Positions 20,150 to 30,921 of a stretch of DNA of 64,000 bases are shown here, in pieces. The stretch is taken from positions 192,001-256,000 of the forward strand of contig CAXXHA010000001.1 in the NCBI GenBank assembly GCA_963662265.2. The letters run 5' to 3'. How positions within the stretch are numbered: position 1 is the first letter of the stretch; each line of letters opens with the position of its first letter. Source of the DNA: Spirochaetia bacterium. GTDB taxonomy: Bacteria > Spirochaetota > Spirochaetia > CADAEX01. A model generated the notes under the pieces. That model searched no databases. It saw only the letters and a program-made list of their open reading frames with translations, and was not told the origin of the DNA. The position numbers were made by a program, and so were the translations under genes.

Positions 20150-21383
20150 TTACCTGAGAAGCTTTAGCAATGCCTTAAGAAGAACCTGGCATCCTTTTTC
20201 TATATCTTTTTTCCTTGTATATTCCTCTTTACAGTGACTCCTGCCGTCTACTGAAGGGACAAATATCATACCAACAGGGATTTGCCTGGCCATAATTCCG
20301 CAGTCATGGTTTGAGCCGCTGACCATAACCTTATAATCAATCCCCTCCTCCTGTGCAGATTTCCTTACTGCTTCAACAATTTCCTCTGAGAGAGGAACCC
20401 CGTCAGCTTCTGTGAGTTTTACGATAGAACAGGAGAATCCTTCATCCTCATACTGCGCAAGCCGTCCCTTTATAACTTCAAGTATTTTACTCTGAATTTC
20501 TTTATTATTACTCCGTAAATCAAGTGTGAATTTCACAGATTCAGGAATTATGTTAGGCATGTTGGGAACACATAATAATCTTGCCGATGTTGCAACTGTT
20601 GTTTCATCCCCATATTTTCTGACAATTCCCGGAAGATCAGAAATTATTTTAGCCGATGCAACCATGGGATCTGTCCGGTGTTCCATGGCTGATGCTCCAC
20701 CATGGTTTGAAACACCTTTTATTTCTATCTCGAACCACTCAAGCTGTACAATTGCCTCAACAACCCCTACCGGTATTTTCCACCGGTCAAGGCGAGCTCC
20801 CTGTTCAATATGAAGTTCTATCAGTCCCTTGATTCTCGCAGGATCAATAATATCATTATGAACATTGTCTGGATTAAGTCCGAATGCTTTCAGCCTGTCA
20901 TACATGGACATGCCGCTGCTGTCTTTTTTTTCCTTCAGATCTTCGAGAGTGCATAATCCGGTAATTGCCTTGCTGCCGACAAGATTATATTTAAAAGTTA
21001 CACCTTCCTCTTCTGAAAAGATTATTATTTCATACGGGTTTGTTATTTCCAGACTGTTTTCAACAATAGTCTGGGGCGACTTCAAGAGCACAAACAACAC
21101 CGAGGACTCCATCGTAGTTTCCGCCGTTAACAACAGTATCAATATGGGAGCCGCACATGACTACTGGAAGGTCATTATCTCTGCCTGCAAGCCATCCCCG
21201 GATATTGCCGACAGAATCAACTGTAACAGTCATCCCCAGCTCCGTCATCTTTTCGGTCAGATAATCTCTCACTCCCCTGTCTTCATCTGTAAATGAAAAC
21301 CTGGAACATCCATTTCCAGGTGTAGTATTATATTCAGCTATTTTTTCAAGATGATTGATTACTCTGTTTATGTTGATTTTCAT
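20150..21383 (-). CDS. M20 Zn-dependent amidohydrolase (allantoate/N-carbamoyl-amino-acid type), one frameshift
   Basis: GSHIDTV..GGNYDGVLGV, EEEG, ELHIEQG, NHGG, SGSNHD, GRSH. Extra base in the run at 21073-21076. Confidence 0.85.
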
Positions 21384-21581
21384 TCCGGCTCCTGCAAGTA
21401 TTCAACTAATGTATAATTTATAATCAAACAATAACATATGATTCAGTAAATAGCATCAACTGTTTTACAGAAAGCAGAGGAATAGTTATTTTATAATTTC
21501 TTTGAAATAAATTTTAAAAAAATAATTTTTTTGTAATTAAATCCTTTGACTTTTTCCGGGACTAAAAGTTAAATATATATT

Positions 21582-23132
21582 GTGTTAGATAAAAGCGAAA
21601 AACTTAATAATAATGATTTTGAAAACTATATAAATGTATTTTCCCGCCCCCTCGTTACCTATGCTGAATATGCACTGACAGAAAATGATATCAGCAATGT
21701 CTTTAATACAATATTTCTGGGAAAATCACACTCTGTTTCATCGAGGCTGGAAGAAGTTCTGGATCATTACAATGCATTGAATAATATTCACTGGAGATCA
21801 TTCAGGGAGTATACAGCTGCAATTAAACTTTTTACAAATGCAGCATATATAACTCTGCATCTGAAGTCAGCATCTCCGAAGTATTTTTTATTAAACGGAA
21901 TTGATGTTTTTCTGAATGATACAGAAAAAGTCCTGGAAGTTTTTTATTCTGCACTGAAAAGCAGTTTTGATGATTTTATCAAATACTATAAAGATGCCGG
22001 TCTTGAACAGGGTAAAGAAACTGATCGTCAGTTTTCCTTTTTAATAACTCCTCCGCCCGGTATACTGGAAGCCAATGTTGTAAAAAGGCATATAAATACC
22101 CCTGAAGAAGTAATAGTAAACCTGGCTACATCATATTTAAATCTAGCAAGTGAAAGCAATATTCTCAATGATATTAAAAAAAACAGAAATAACAATCTTG
22201 AAAAACTGATCCCTGAAGTGATAAGCGAAAACAGAATCAGAATCCTGGAAACAAAATATCACAATCTTCAAAGCAAGTATGATACTTATATTGCCAATTC
22301 AGATATCGAAAATATAGATAAAGATCTGAAGATGATAAGGGGCCATGTTTCAATTGTTTATCATCTTCTGGAAGCATCCACCGACCTGATTCATTTTTAT
22401 GAAAGGCATATGATGAAACTGTCCGGGCTGAGTTCCAAATATTATACATCTCCTGTAAGCAGTAAAGAAATTCTCGAAATACTTATTGACTATTTCCTGA
22501 ATTACGCGAACCAGTTTCTGACATCAGGGGTAACTCTCTGCCGGGAAGTAATAAGGAAATATGCGGAAGAAGGTTCAATTACAGTACAGGTTCCGGAATA
22601 CAGGGGATTTCATGTCAGGCCTTCTACCCTGGTTGCCAAGATTATCCAGCATTACGGAAGTGAAGTTTATCTGGTCATGGATAACGAGAAGTATGATGCA
22701 GCCCACCCGATGGAACTGTTCTGTGTAAATGAAAAAATTAATGCAGAAAAAAGAAGAAATCTTTCCCAGGTAATCTGCAAACTCAACTCAATATCAGATC
22801 CTGAATGTGCTCATAATTTTGAAAGAGGGCTTAGAAATATTTTTTACGAACTTCTTGAGGAGAATAAAATAATCAACTACTCTCCGGAATTCGCTCTTCC
22901 TGATTTCAAGCCTGTTGATGAGGAAACACTTGGCGAATTTGCAAACAGGGTTATTGCCTTTCTGCTGGCCCAGGGGAAAATTGATTTGAAAACTGATCTG
23001 ACTGTCACATTCAAAGGAGATAAAAGAGTCCTTGCAGACCTGGAGCTTCTTGCGAAAAACGGTTACGGAGAGGACTGTTACGGCAACAACATCGTCCTTC
23101 CAAAAGAACTTTCATATATCAGAAGATCATAA
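21582..23132 (+). CDS. Large HPr-domain protein (about 330-aa N-terminal extension plus an interrupted HPr fold)
   Basis: GFHVRPSTLVAKIIQHYGSEV corresponds to the HPr His15 motif; C-terminal VTFKGDKRVLADL. Confidence 0.8.
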   Translation: MLDKSEKLNNNDFENYINVFSRPLVTYAEYALTENDISNVFNTIFLGKSHSVSSRLEEVLDHYNALNNIHWRSFREYTAAIKLFTNAAYITLHLKSASPKYFLLNGIDVFLNDTEKVLEVFYSALKSSFDDFIKYYKDAGLEQGKETDRQFSFLITPPPGILEANVVKRHINTPEEVIVNLATSYLNLASESNILNDIKKNRNNNLEKLIPEVISENRIRILETKYHNLQSKYDTYIANSDIENIDKDLKMIRGHVSIVYHLLEASTDLIHFYERHMMKLSGLSSKYYTSPVSSKEILEILIDYFLNYANQFLTSGVTLCREVIRKYAEEGSITVQVPEYRGFHVRPSTLVAKIIQHYGSEVYLVMDNEKYDAAHPMELFCVNEKINAEKRRNLSQVICKLNSISDPECAHNFERGLRNIFYELLEENKIINYSPEFALPDFKPVDEETLGEFANRVIAFLLAQGKIDLKTDLTVTFKGDKRVLADLELLAKNGYGEDCYGNNIVLPKELSYIRRS

Positions 23133-23214
23133 ATCCTCACAATATTATTTCAATCAGCCGCCCTGTTTTAAACATGGATATGGATAAGGAATTGCATCAC
23201 AGAAAATAATTCTG

Positions 23215-24279
23215 TCAGTCCTGATATTTTTCATGAATGTCTTCAAATAATCCGATATTATCCACCATTATCTGAGCTATAACAGGATCAAATGAAGTTC
23301 CGGAGGATTCTTTTAATATCCCGCAGGTCTCTTCTCTTGAAAATGGGGGTTTATAGACCCTCTTTGACCTCAGGGCATCATATACATCTGCGCATGACAT
23401 AATCCTGGCCTCAACAGGTATGTCTTCCCCTGAGATTTTCATCGGATAACCTGTACCGTCCCATTTTTCATGATGATACAGGCAAATCCTCTTTGCCATT
23501 CTGAAAAGATCTGTATCGCACTGTTCAAGGACCTTGTCAAAAGCACCGGCACCTGCTGTTGTATGAGTCTTCATTATCTCATATTCATCCGGAGTAAGCT
23601 TTCCCGGTTTGAGAAGAATCTTGTCAGGAACAGCTATTTTCCCGACATCGTGGAGAGGAGAAACATGATAAATACTTTCAATAAAACTGTGGGAAATAAT
23701 GCTTCTGAATTTAGGGTGACGGGAAAGCATATCTGCAAGAGTTACACAGTATCTTCTTGTCCGCTCAAGGTGTGCCCCTGTTTCAGGATCCCTGGAATCT
23801 GTAAGATCAGCTATGGCAAACATAAGAGCCCTGTAGGCTCCCAGAAGTTCATCAGATGTTTTCTGGGTCATTGCGGAAAACCGTCTGGTCATAAATTTCG
23901 CAACCTGCTGAGCAAATAACGGGTCCTGATCAAGAAGGATATCGAAGCTTCCGCTGTCAAGCTGAAGACATTCAGTCTTTTCAAGAGCTTTCACAGTTGC
24001 AGATCTTGTTTCTTCTGTCAGAAGAGCCATTTCACCGAATACTTCTGGCGATTCCATTCTGCTGAGTTCCCTTTCGCCCCAGCCGATATCCCTCAAAACA
24101 GCAACTTTACCGCTGAGAATAACAAACATACTGTCACCGGCATCACCTTCCCTGCATATTATATGTCCTTCATTAAAAGTTACTTTCCTGAAATGTCGGC
24201 TTATCAGTTCAATTGAATCTTTTTTAACATGTGAGAACAAATCGCTTTTTTCAAGGACAGTATTTAAGTCAATATCCAT
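23215..24279 (-). CDS. cNMP-binding domain plus HD-GYP phosphodiesterase
   Basis: FGEMALL..RSATV; HDVGK; HHEKWDGTGYP. Start 24279 after AAGGAG. Confidence 0.9.
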   Translation of the reverse strand: MDIDLNTVLEKSDLFSHVKKDSIELISRHFRKVTFNEGHIICREGDAGDSMFVILSGKVAVLRDIGWGERELSRMESPEVFGEMALLTEETRSATVKALEKTECLQLDSGSFDILLDQDPLFAQQVAKFMTRRFSAMTQKTSDELLGAYRALMFAIADLTDSRDPETGAHLERTRRYCVTLADMLSRHPKFRSIISHSFIESIYHVSPLHDVGKIAVPDKILLKPGKLTPDEYEIMKTHTTAGAGAFDKVLEQCDTDLFRMAKRICLYHHEKWDGTGYPMKISGEDIPVEARIMSCADVYDALRSKRVYKPPFSREETCGILKESSGTSFDPVIAQIMVDNIGLFEDIHEKYQD

Positions 24280-24433
24280 TTTGCAATTCTCCTTTACGGA
24301 ATCATAATTAGTATAGTACATAACATTGCTTAAAACAGAAAAATAATATCAGGAGATGTTAAAATATTTTTAATACAGAACTTTTTATGTTGAAAATTGC
24401 TTTATCCGGTTGGGAAAAGTATATCAGAATTTA

Positions 24434-25108
24434 TCATCTGACCAGTTTATATATATACTGGGGGCGGCCAACATGTCCCCTTATTATACGCGATTCAACA
24501 ATTCCCTCCTGGGACAGAAACCGCATATAATTCCGGAGAGCGACTTTACTCATATCAATATTTTCCAGAAGCTGATCTACGGTAAAATCATCTTCCATTT
24601 TTTCAAGTACTTCCAGAATACTGTTCAGAGTAAGCTGATTTATACCTTTCGGAAGCATATTGTTGAACGACGAATCATTTGAGCTGTTTATAATTTTATC
24701 TATTTCATACTGGTTGACTGATCTTTTTTTGCTTAAAAAATTATACCGCATTTTATAGTTCTGCATGGTGCAGAAGAATCTTTCATAACTGAACGGTTTC
24801 ACAATATAATCCACAGCTCCGTATTTTAGCGCATTTCTTACAGCATCTGTTTCGTTCAAAGCTGTAACAAATATTATATCTGTATAATTCTGCCTGTTTC
24901 TTAATGTTTCAACAAAGGTCAGCCCATCCATGACCGGCATGATAATATCAACAAGAATAAGGTCAACAGATGCTGTTTCAAGAAAATCCAGAGCCTCGGC
25001 ACCATTTCCGCATTCACCGATTACAGAGAATCCCTCTATCTTGTTATAAAAAGCCTTAATTACATTAATAGCGGTTAAATTGTCTTCGACTAATAGAACA
25101 TTTATCAT
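24434..25108 (-). CDS. CitB/DctR-type response regulator
   Basis: VLLVED, LVDIIMP, VTA, YIVKPF; KGINQLTL; GHVGRP winged helix. Confidence 0.88.
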   Translation of the reverse strand: MINVLLVEDNLTAINVIKAFYNKIEGFSVIGECGNGAEALDFLETASVDLILVDIIMPVMDGLTFVETLRNRQNYTDIIFVTALNETDAVRNALKYGAVDYIVKPFSYERFFCTMQNYKMRYNFLSKKRSVNQYEIDKIINSSNDSSFNNMLPKGINQLTLNSILEVLEKMEDDFTVDQLLENIDMSKVALRNYMRFLSQEGIVESRIIRGHVGRPQYIYKLVR

Positions 25109-25128
25109 AAATTAACTTTATTGAATTA

Positions 25129-25974
25129 CTACATTTTCTTAAGAAGATTTTCAAGAGTTTTCTGTGTAGAAAGCAGCGCGTTGGATACAGAATATGTATC
25201 TTTAAGAAAATCAAGGGCATTTGTCATTTCATTGAGTCCTTCTTCAATTGCAAGTGACTGCTCTTTAACAGATGAATTGATTGATGTGAGATTACTTCCC
25301 ACAGTTCGACCTATTTCCGAGTTATTGTCAAAAACATCCTGGAATTTTTCCATATCCTTTTTCAGTGAATTGAATATTTTGACAAAGCCTTTCATCTGGT
25401 TGTTTATACCGTCAATGACAAGACTGAAATTCTTTATTGTACCGGATATCTCCTGTGCAAAAGTACCTGTCATTTCTGAAAGTTTTTTCACTTCCTGGGC
25501 AATCACCCTGAATCCGGCCCCTTCATTTCCTATTCTTGCAGCTTCAATAGAAGCGTTTATTGACAGAATATTTGTAAGCTCTGCAACTTCTTCTATCTTT
25601 GAAGTAATATCAAAAACATCTGTAGAATCCTTTTTAAGGCTTTCAAATTTCTTATCAATTTCCGAAACTCTTTCATCAGCGCTTTTAAGCTCCTCAACCC
25701 TTTCAGAAACAGTCTCCTTCATGGAAAATGTGTTTTCAAGGTATGAATCCATAGAACTGTTTATTTTTTCAGTAAAATCAACAGTGCTGTTGCTTGTTGC
25801 TCTTATCTCCTCAAATGCAGCAACTATAGATTCTATGGACTTCTGAGAATTGGCAATACTCTCCTCAATAATTTTCAGTGAACTCTGGTTTATTGAAGAC
25901 TGGACTACAGCCTGGTTAAATCCACCTGATAATTTCCTGATAGCTGTTTCATAATATTTATTTTGGTTTTCCAT
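25129..25974 (-). CDS. Soluble (TM-less) methyl-accepting chemotaxis protein
   Basis: TNILSINASIEAARIGNEGAGFRVIAQEVKKL; no TM segment. Confidence 0.88.
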   Translation of the reverse strand: MENQNKYYETAIRKLSGGFNQAVVQSSINQSSLKIIEESIANSQKSIESIVAAFEEIRATSNSTVDFTEKINSSMDSYLENTFSMKETVSERVEELKSADERVSEIDKKFESLKKDSTDVFDITSKIEEVAELTNILSINASIEAARIGNEGAGFRVIAQEVKKLSEMTGTFAQEISGTIKNFSLVIDGINNQMKGFVKIFNSLKKDMEKFQDVFDNNSEIGRTVGSNLTSINSSVKEQSLAIEEGLNEMTNALDFLKDTYSVSNALLSTQKTLENLLKKM

Positions 25975-25988
25975 ATCATTTTTTCCTG

Positions 25989-26768
25989 TTACCTGTATAT
26001 CTCATCGATAATATCCATTCCGCACTTTAAACCGGAAAACCAGCTCAGGAATTTCTCGACATTCTCACCCCTGAAAATTGAACCATGCTGAGGAGCTATC
26101 ATATCAGTATTTAATGCTCTCACATGGCTGGCCCAGAGCCGTGCGGCTTTTTCAGACCCCATATAGCGGCGGTGGAACGCTTCTATCAGAGGTATATGTT
26201 TTTCAAAATCTTCAACAACAAGGTATTCGAAATTACTGTCAAAAACAGCAGCACCGATGTCACCGGAAAAAAGGATTCCTGATGCTGTATCGAAAAATGA
26301 ATAACATCCTGCTGAATGAAGAAAATGGGCAGGAACAAATCTCACAGCAGAACCTGAAGAGAGAGGTACTTCAGGCATTTTCTTTTCAATAGGCTTGATT
26401 CTTTTATAATCTACAATGCCGAAATGAGGCAGGAATCTGATCCACAATTCAGAAATATATATATCAGCGTCTGTTATCCCCATCCATAAAGCTATACCGG
26501 ATGATACATCCGGGTCCTGATGAGAATATAAAACAGTTGTGATATCATTAAGATCAATATATCTGCTTACGACTGCAACGACACGTGCAAACAGGTGTAC
26601 ACCGCCCGGATCCAGAAGGATACCCTTTCCATTATTTATAATAAGATACTGGTTGGCCTGAATTATTCCTTTTTCCTCTTCGGAATCAATTCCCAGCCAT
26701 ATCACCTTGTGCGTATCTGAACTATAAAGCAGTTTTCCTTCCCGGTCCTTTTCAGTCAGCATTTTCAA
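25989..26768 (-). CDS. Metallo-beta-lactamase-fold di-iron protein, ODP-like
   Basis: LLDPGG, SHQDPD, PAHFLHS, LFSGDIG, IAPQHG; directly upstream of a soluble MCP. Confidence 0.82.
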   Translation of the reverse strand: MKMLTEKDREGKLLYSSDTHKVIWLGIDSEEEKGIIQANQYLIINNGKGILLDPGGVHLFARVVAVVSRYIDLNDITTVLYSHQDPDVSSGIALWMGITDADIYISELWIRFLPHFGIVDYKRIKPIEKKMPEVPLSSGSAVRFVPAHFLHSAGCYSFFDTASGILFSGDIGAAVFDSNFEYLVVEDFEKHIPLIEAFHRRYMGSEKAARLWASHVRALNTDMIAPQHGSIFRGENVEKFLSWFSGLKCGMDIIDEIYR

Positions 26769-26946
26769 TCTCCCTTTTCAAGCAATATATAATATATAGT
26801 AATTTATTAGCAGAGAATAAGAAAGAAAATTTATAATATTTTTTACATCAGCATTAATTAACACAGAGGGAATCAGATTTTATCTGACAATAGCATGAGA
26901 AGAAAAAGTTTTTATTCAACACCTGATATGAGGATGAAAAAGCCCG

Positions 26947-26967
26947 ATTTCCTGAAACAGGAAATCA
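26947..26967. terminator. Hairpin downstream of the MCP gene
   Basis: GATTTCCTG-AAA-CAGGAAATC. Confidence 0.5.
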
Positions 26968-27025
26968 GGTATAATTATATTTTATATGAAACAACAGGGA
27001 ACAGGAATTTTCAATACTTACAAGT

Positions 27026-29026
27026 TCAGAATTCCCTGTAAGAATCATATGAGTCATTATTGTCCTTTAAAACAATATTGTCATGAATAACAGAAGTTTT
27101 CACACGCTGCTTATGGGATACTTTACTATCAGGATGTTTTTCTTCAGAACGGTTTCCCTTAATATGTTTCCTGCTTTTACCCGGGAATTTAATAATCCGC
27201 TGCTTATAAACCTTTCCCCTGTTATCTGAAGATGAATAATCACTGCTGCCCAGTTTGAAAAACCGCATAGACTCCTGCATCCGCGCTGCCTGGCTGGCAA
27301 GTTCCTCTGCCATTGCTGCAGACTCTTCCGAAGCAGCGGCATTCTGCTGAATTACGCGGTCAAGCTGCAGAATCGCATCATTTATCTGAAGTATTCCCGA
27401 ATGCTGCTCTTCGCTTGAAGAGCTTATTTCATGAACAAGTTCTGAAGTTCTTATAATATCAGGTATTATCTTTTCTATTGTAGATCCTGCCTTGTCAGCA
27501 ATTTCAAGGCTGGCTGTTGCAAGATCATTGATTTCGCCTGATGCCTTCTGGCTGTTTTCAGCAAGTTTTCTTACTTCGCTTGCCACAACAGCAAACCCCT
27601 TACCCTGCTCACCGGCACGGGCAGCCTCTATAGCTGCATTGAGAGCAAGCAGATTTGTATTACGAGAAATCTGCTCGACAAGATTTATCTTTTCCGCAAT
27701 TTTCTTCATCGCTTCGACAGTCTGTCTAACAGCTTCTCCGCCTGATGCAGCTTCATCAGAGGATTTTCTTGCTATATCCCTGGTCTGCATTGCGCTTGCC
27801 GCGCTCTGTTTGACATTGGCGCTCATCTGTTCCATCGATGAAGATATTTCCTCGCCTGAAGATGCCTGTTCTGTCGCACCCTGGGACATTTTCTGGGCTG
27901 AACTGCTCAGCTGGTCAGAGCCTGAAGCAACATTCTGTGATGCTGCCATTATATCCATTACAATACTCTTGAGATGTTCCTTCATATTATTCAGTGCATT
28001 TGCAAGATCCCCCACTTCATCCTTCTTCCTCAAAAAAGAAGCTTCAGATGATACTGAAAGATCACCTTCAGATACAGCTCCTGCAAATTTAACTGCAAGC
28101 TTCAGAGGTCTCACAACTGACCGGACAATGAAAAAAACAACAAGTGAAATCAGTGCAATACATAATATTGTAATTATAATACTGATTCTTGCGATCTTCC
28201 TGACACCGGAATATACATCTGCATCATTCGCAGTAATGACAATTGTCCATTTATGCCTGTTGCCTGTCCTGAACCCTGCAGCTTTCCTGACTCCGTTGAA
28301 TATATATCTTGTGTACCCGTTTTTTTCATTCATTATATATTTTCCGAAATCATACCCTGCAAAATTCTCTGAAAGTATTTTTGATTTGTCGGGATGTGAT
28401 ATAACATCTCCATCATTATCAATTACATATGCATAACCGTTTTTACCGACTTTAACAGGATCTATAAAAGTTCCATTGAAATCACTGATATCAATTGTTG
28501 CTCCGAATACCCCGCTGATGCTTCCTCCTGAAAAAACAGGTGTTGCAATTACAATTACAGGTTTTCCGCTTGCCTTGCTGATAATAGCATCCGAAAAGCA
28601 TGTATCACCTTTTTTAGCCTTGCTACAGTACTCCCTGTCTGAAACATTTATTGCACCGACAGCTGATTCAACATTTGATGCAATAAGATCCCCTTCAGTA
28701 TCTGTAATAAAAAGCATTTCAAACTGCGGAGCCCTGGAGATAATTTCAGAAAGTTTTCTGTTCGCATTGCTGAATCTGTCAGGATTATTTCCGGAAAAAA
28801 GAGTACTGAAATCGCTGTCCCCGGAAAGGAGAACAACCTCTCTTTCTGCTGCCAGAAAATATTCATCCATACTGATAATAAGGGAATCAGCAATACTGAA
28901 TATTTCGCTTTCTGTTTTCTGTTCAATCTCTGTCTTTGAAAAATTATAAAGTACAGATGACAGAGATATCATACCTGTAAGAATTGTTAAAATTACAGGC
29001 AATAAAAATTTACTTTGTAATTTCAT
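27026..29026 (-). CDS. Membrane methyl-accepting chemotaxis protein (dCache, HAMP)
   Basis: 2 TM; dCache (GYAYVID..SHPD); [34 protein letters not shown]. Confidence 0.93.
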   Translation of the reverse strand: MKLQSKFLLPVILTILTGMISLSSVLYNFSKTEIEQKTESEIFSIADSLIISMDEYFLAAEREVVLLSGDSDFSTLFSGNNPDRFSNANRKLSEIISRAPQFEMLFITDTEGDLIASNVESAVGAINVSDREYCSKAKKGDTCFSDAIISKASGKPVIVIATPVFSGGSISGVFGATIDISDFNGTFIDPVKVGKNGYAYVIDNDGDVISHPDKSKILSENFAGYDFGKYIMNEKNGYTRYIFNGVRKAAGFRTGNRHKWTIVITANDADVYSGVRKIARISIIITILCIALISLVVFFIVRSVVRPLKLAVKFAGAVSEGDLSVSSEASFLRKKDEVGDLANALNNMKEHLKSIVMDIMAASQNVASGSDQLSSSAQKMSQGATEQASSGEEISSSMEQMSANVKQSAASAMQTRDIARKSSDEAASGGEAVRQTVEAMKKIAEKINLVEQISRNTNLLALNAAIEAARAGEQGKGFAVVASEVRKLAENSQKASGEINDLATASLEIADKAGSTIEKIIPDIIRTSELVHEISSSSEEQHSGILQINDAILQLDRVIQQNAAASEESAAMAEELASQAARMQESMRFFKLGSSDYSSSDNRGKVYKQRIIKFPGKSRKHIKGNRSEEKHPDSKVSHKQRVKTSVIHDNIVLKDNNDSYDSYREF

Positions 29027-29576
29027 GATACCTCCCCCAGAAAAACATATATCAAACCAGGTGCACAGAAAATCGACCGGGTATATTTTTCAGGATATTC
29101 AGATTTAGTGAAAGATAATGAGAAACCTGATGAATATATAAATCAATTATTGAAAAGAAAATCAGAAGTGAAATATTGTACCGGGTTAAAATAAAAAACA
29201 ACCGAAAATTATATACATTAAACCGGTTCTCTAAAAACAGGAGAGGCTTACACCTTTTACAAAAAAAAGAATTTTTTCTTTCTGAAAATAGTTTACATTT
29301 AATAATCATTTTTCCAATATTTTACTCTTTTTTCTTTATACCATTACTGAAAATTAACTTTTATAATCATGAGGTCCCTTGCAGGATCATAAATGATTTA
29401 AATAATAAAACTGCTATTAATGTTAGTTTGGACGTTTGATGAATGCAAGATTTTTTGAATATTTTTATATCTTTTTTTAAACATTTTCATGTAAAACGTA
29501 CATAAATAAATAAGGGTTATTAACTTCTTTTTAAAATGAATTTTTATAATTCAAAAAGACAATAGATAATTTTAAT

Positions 29577-30656
29577 TTATAAATTCTTTGCCCTTATTTC
29601 CTTAAACTTATCTTCAACAGAAATAAAACATTCCACAATTTCTGGATCAAATGAGCTTCCCGCGGACTGTGTAATTATTTCAACCGCTTCTTTATGATCA
29701 AATGCAATCTTGTAGGACCTTTCGCTGACAAGTGCATCGTAAACATCACACAGTGAAACAATTCTTCCGGACAAAGGTATTCTTTCCCCTTTCAGACCGT
29801 TAGGATATCCTGTTCCGTCCCATTTCTCATGATGTGTAAGTGCGATTTCCCTCCCCATGGCAAGAAAATCCTTCTTTCCCTTATGAGCTATCAGAGCTTC
29901 AGATGCTATAATTGTATGCTGCTTTATTACCTCATATTCACCAGATGTAAGCGAACCGTTTTTATTTATTATTACATCAGATATTCCAATTTTTCCTATA
30001 TCATGGAGAACCGAAGAAATAGCCATATCCTCGATATAATCATCTGTGAGCCGTCTGTCCCTTTCAAAAAATCTCTCTTTATATTCTGCAGCAAGAATTC
30101 TTGTGTACTGCTCAACCCTTTCAAGATGCTTTCCGGTAGTTGAGTCTCTTAATTCAACCAGCTTTGCCAGATGATAAATTGTATTCCTGCTGTCCACTTT
30201 TATTTCCTTTATTAAATTAAACAATGTTTCTATATAGTATTCCCGGTTTTCGAGAGCTGTAATTACTTCAGACTTGTCTGAAATAATTACAATATAAGAC
30301 TGCTTGTCTAATCCCGGAATAGTAATAATTTTATATTCAAAGTATTTTTCATGAGGAAGATTATTTGAATCTACAACTACAGTTTTAATGGCATTTACTA
30401 CAACATCCTTTTTGGGATTCAGATATTCTGTTAAATGAACTCCGTTGTCTGTATCAAATACATCATTTATATTCAGAACTTCATTCTGGTTGGGATCTAT
30501 ATTGAAAATTCTGATAAATGCCGGATTATATGAAATGACATTTCCTGACTGATCGACTTCAATCACTGCATTCATGCTGGATTCAATAATTGCTTCCATT
30601 TTGCCGCATGCTAGACAAAGTTTTTCGATTGTTGAAAGGACCTGAATTATATCCAT
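29577..30656 (-). CDS. PAS plus HD-GYP phosphodiesterase
   Basis: PAS start IIESSMNAVIEVD..NPAF; HDIGK; HHEKWDGTGYP. Confidence 0.88.
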   Translation of the reverse strand: MDIIQVLSTIEKLCLACGKMEAIIESSMNAVIEVDQSGNVISYNPAFIRIFNIDPNQNEVLNINDVFDTDNGVHLTEYLNPKKDVVVNAIKTVVVDSNNLPHEKYFEYKIITIPGLDKQSYIVIISDKSEVITALENREYYIETLFNLIKEIKVDSRNTIYHLAKLVELRDSTTGKHLERVEQYTRILAAEYKERFFERDRRLTDDYIEDMAISSVLHDIGKIGISDVIINKNGSLTSGEYEVIKQHTIIASEALIAHKGKKDFLAMGREIALTHHEKWDGTGYPNGLKGERIPLSGRIVSLCDVYDALVSERSYKIAFDHKEAVEIITQSAGSSFDPEIVECFISVEDKFKEIRAKNL

Positions 30657-30921
30657 TTTTCACTCCACATACAATAATTGAAAATTGCGATTATTATACC
30701 ACATAACTAAAAAGAATCTATTCGATTAATATCAGCAGATAATTACATATATCATACACAGCATAGTAATTATAGTTTATCAGAGAACTGTTTTCACTAA
30801 AACATCTTAATATTGTTACTTTTTTTGTAGAATCCTGCTTAAATTATTGACAAAGTCACACCACCTCTATATAGTATTTTTCTTATATAGCATAATTCAC
30901 TATACATGGAGGATTCCCTTA

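Noticed and set aside
27492-28436. Long antisense ORFs (also 25121..25846, 31353..32150, 14826..15389, 43481..44059)
   Set aside because: Shadow frames of well-supported genes on the opposite strand; no motifs or RBS.
29040-29570. ORFs 29052..29309 and 29176..29439, or an ncRNA
   Set aside because: Low-complexity AT-rich spacer with no RBS or convincing structure.
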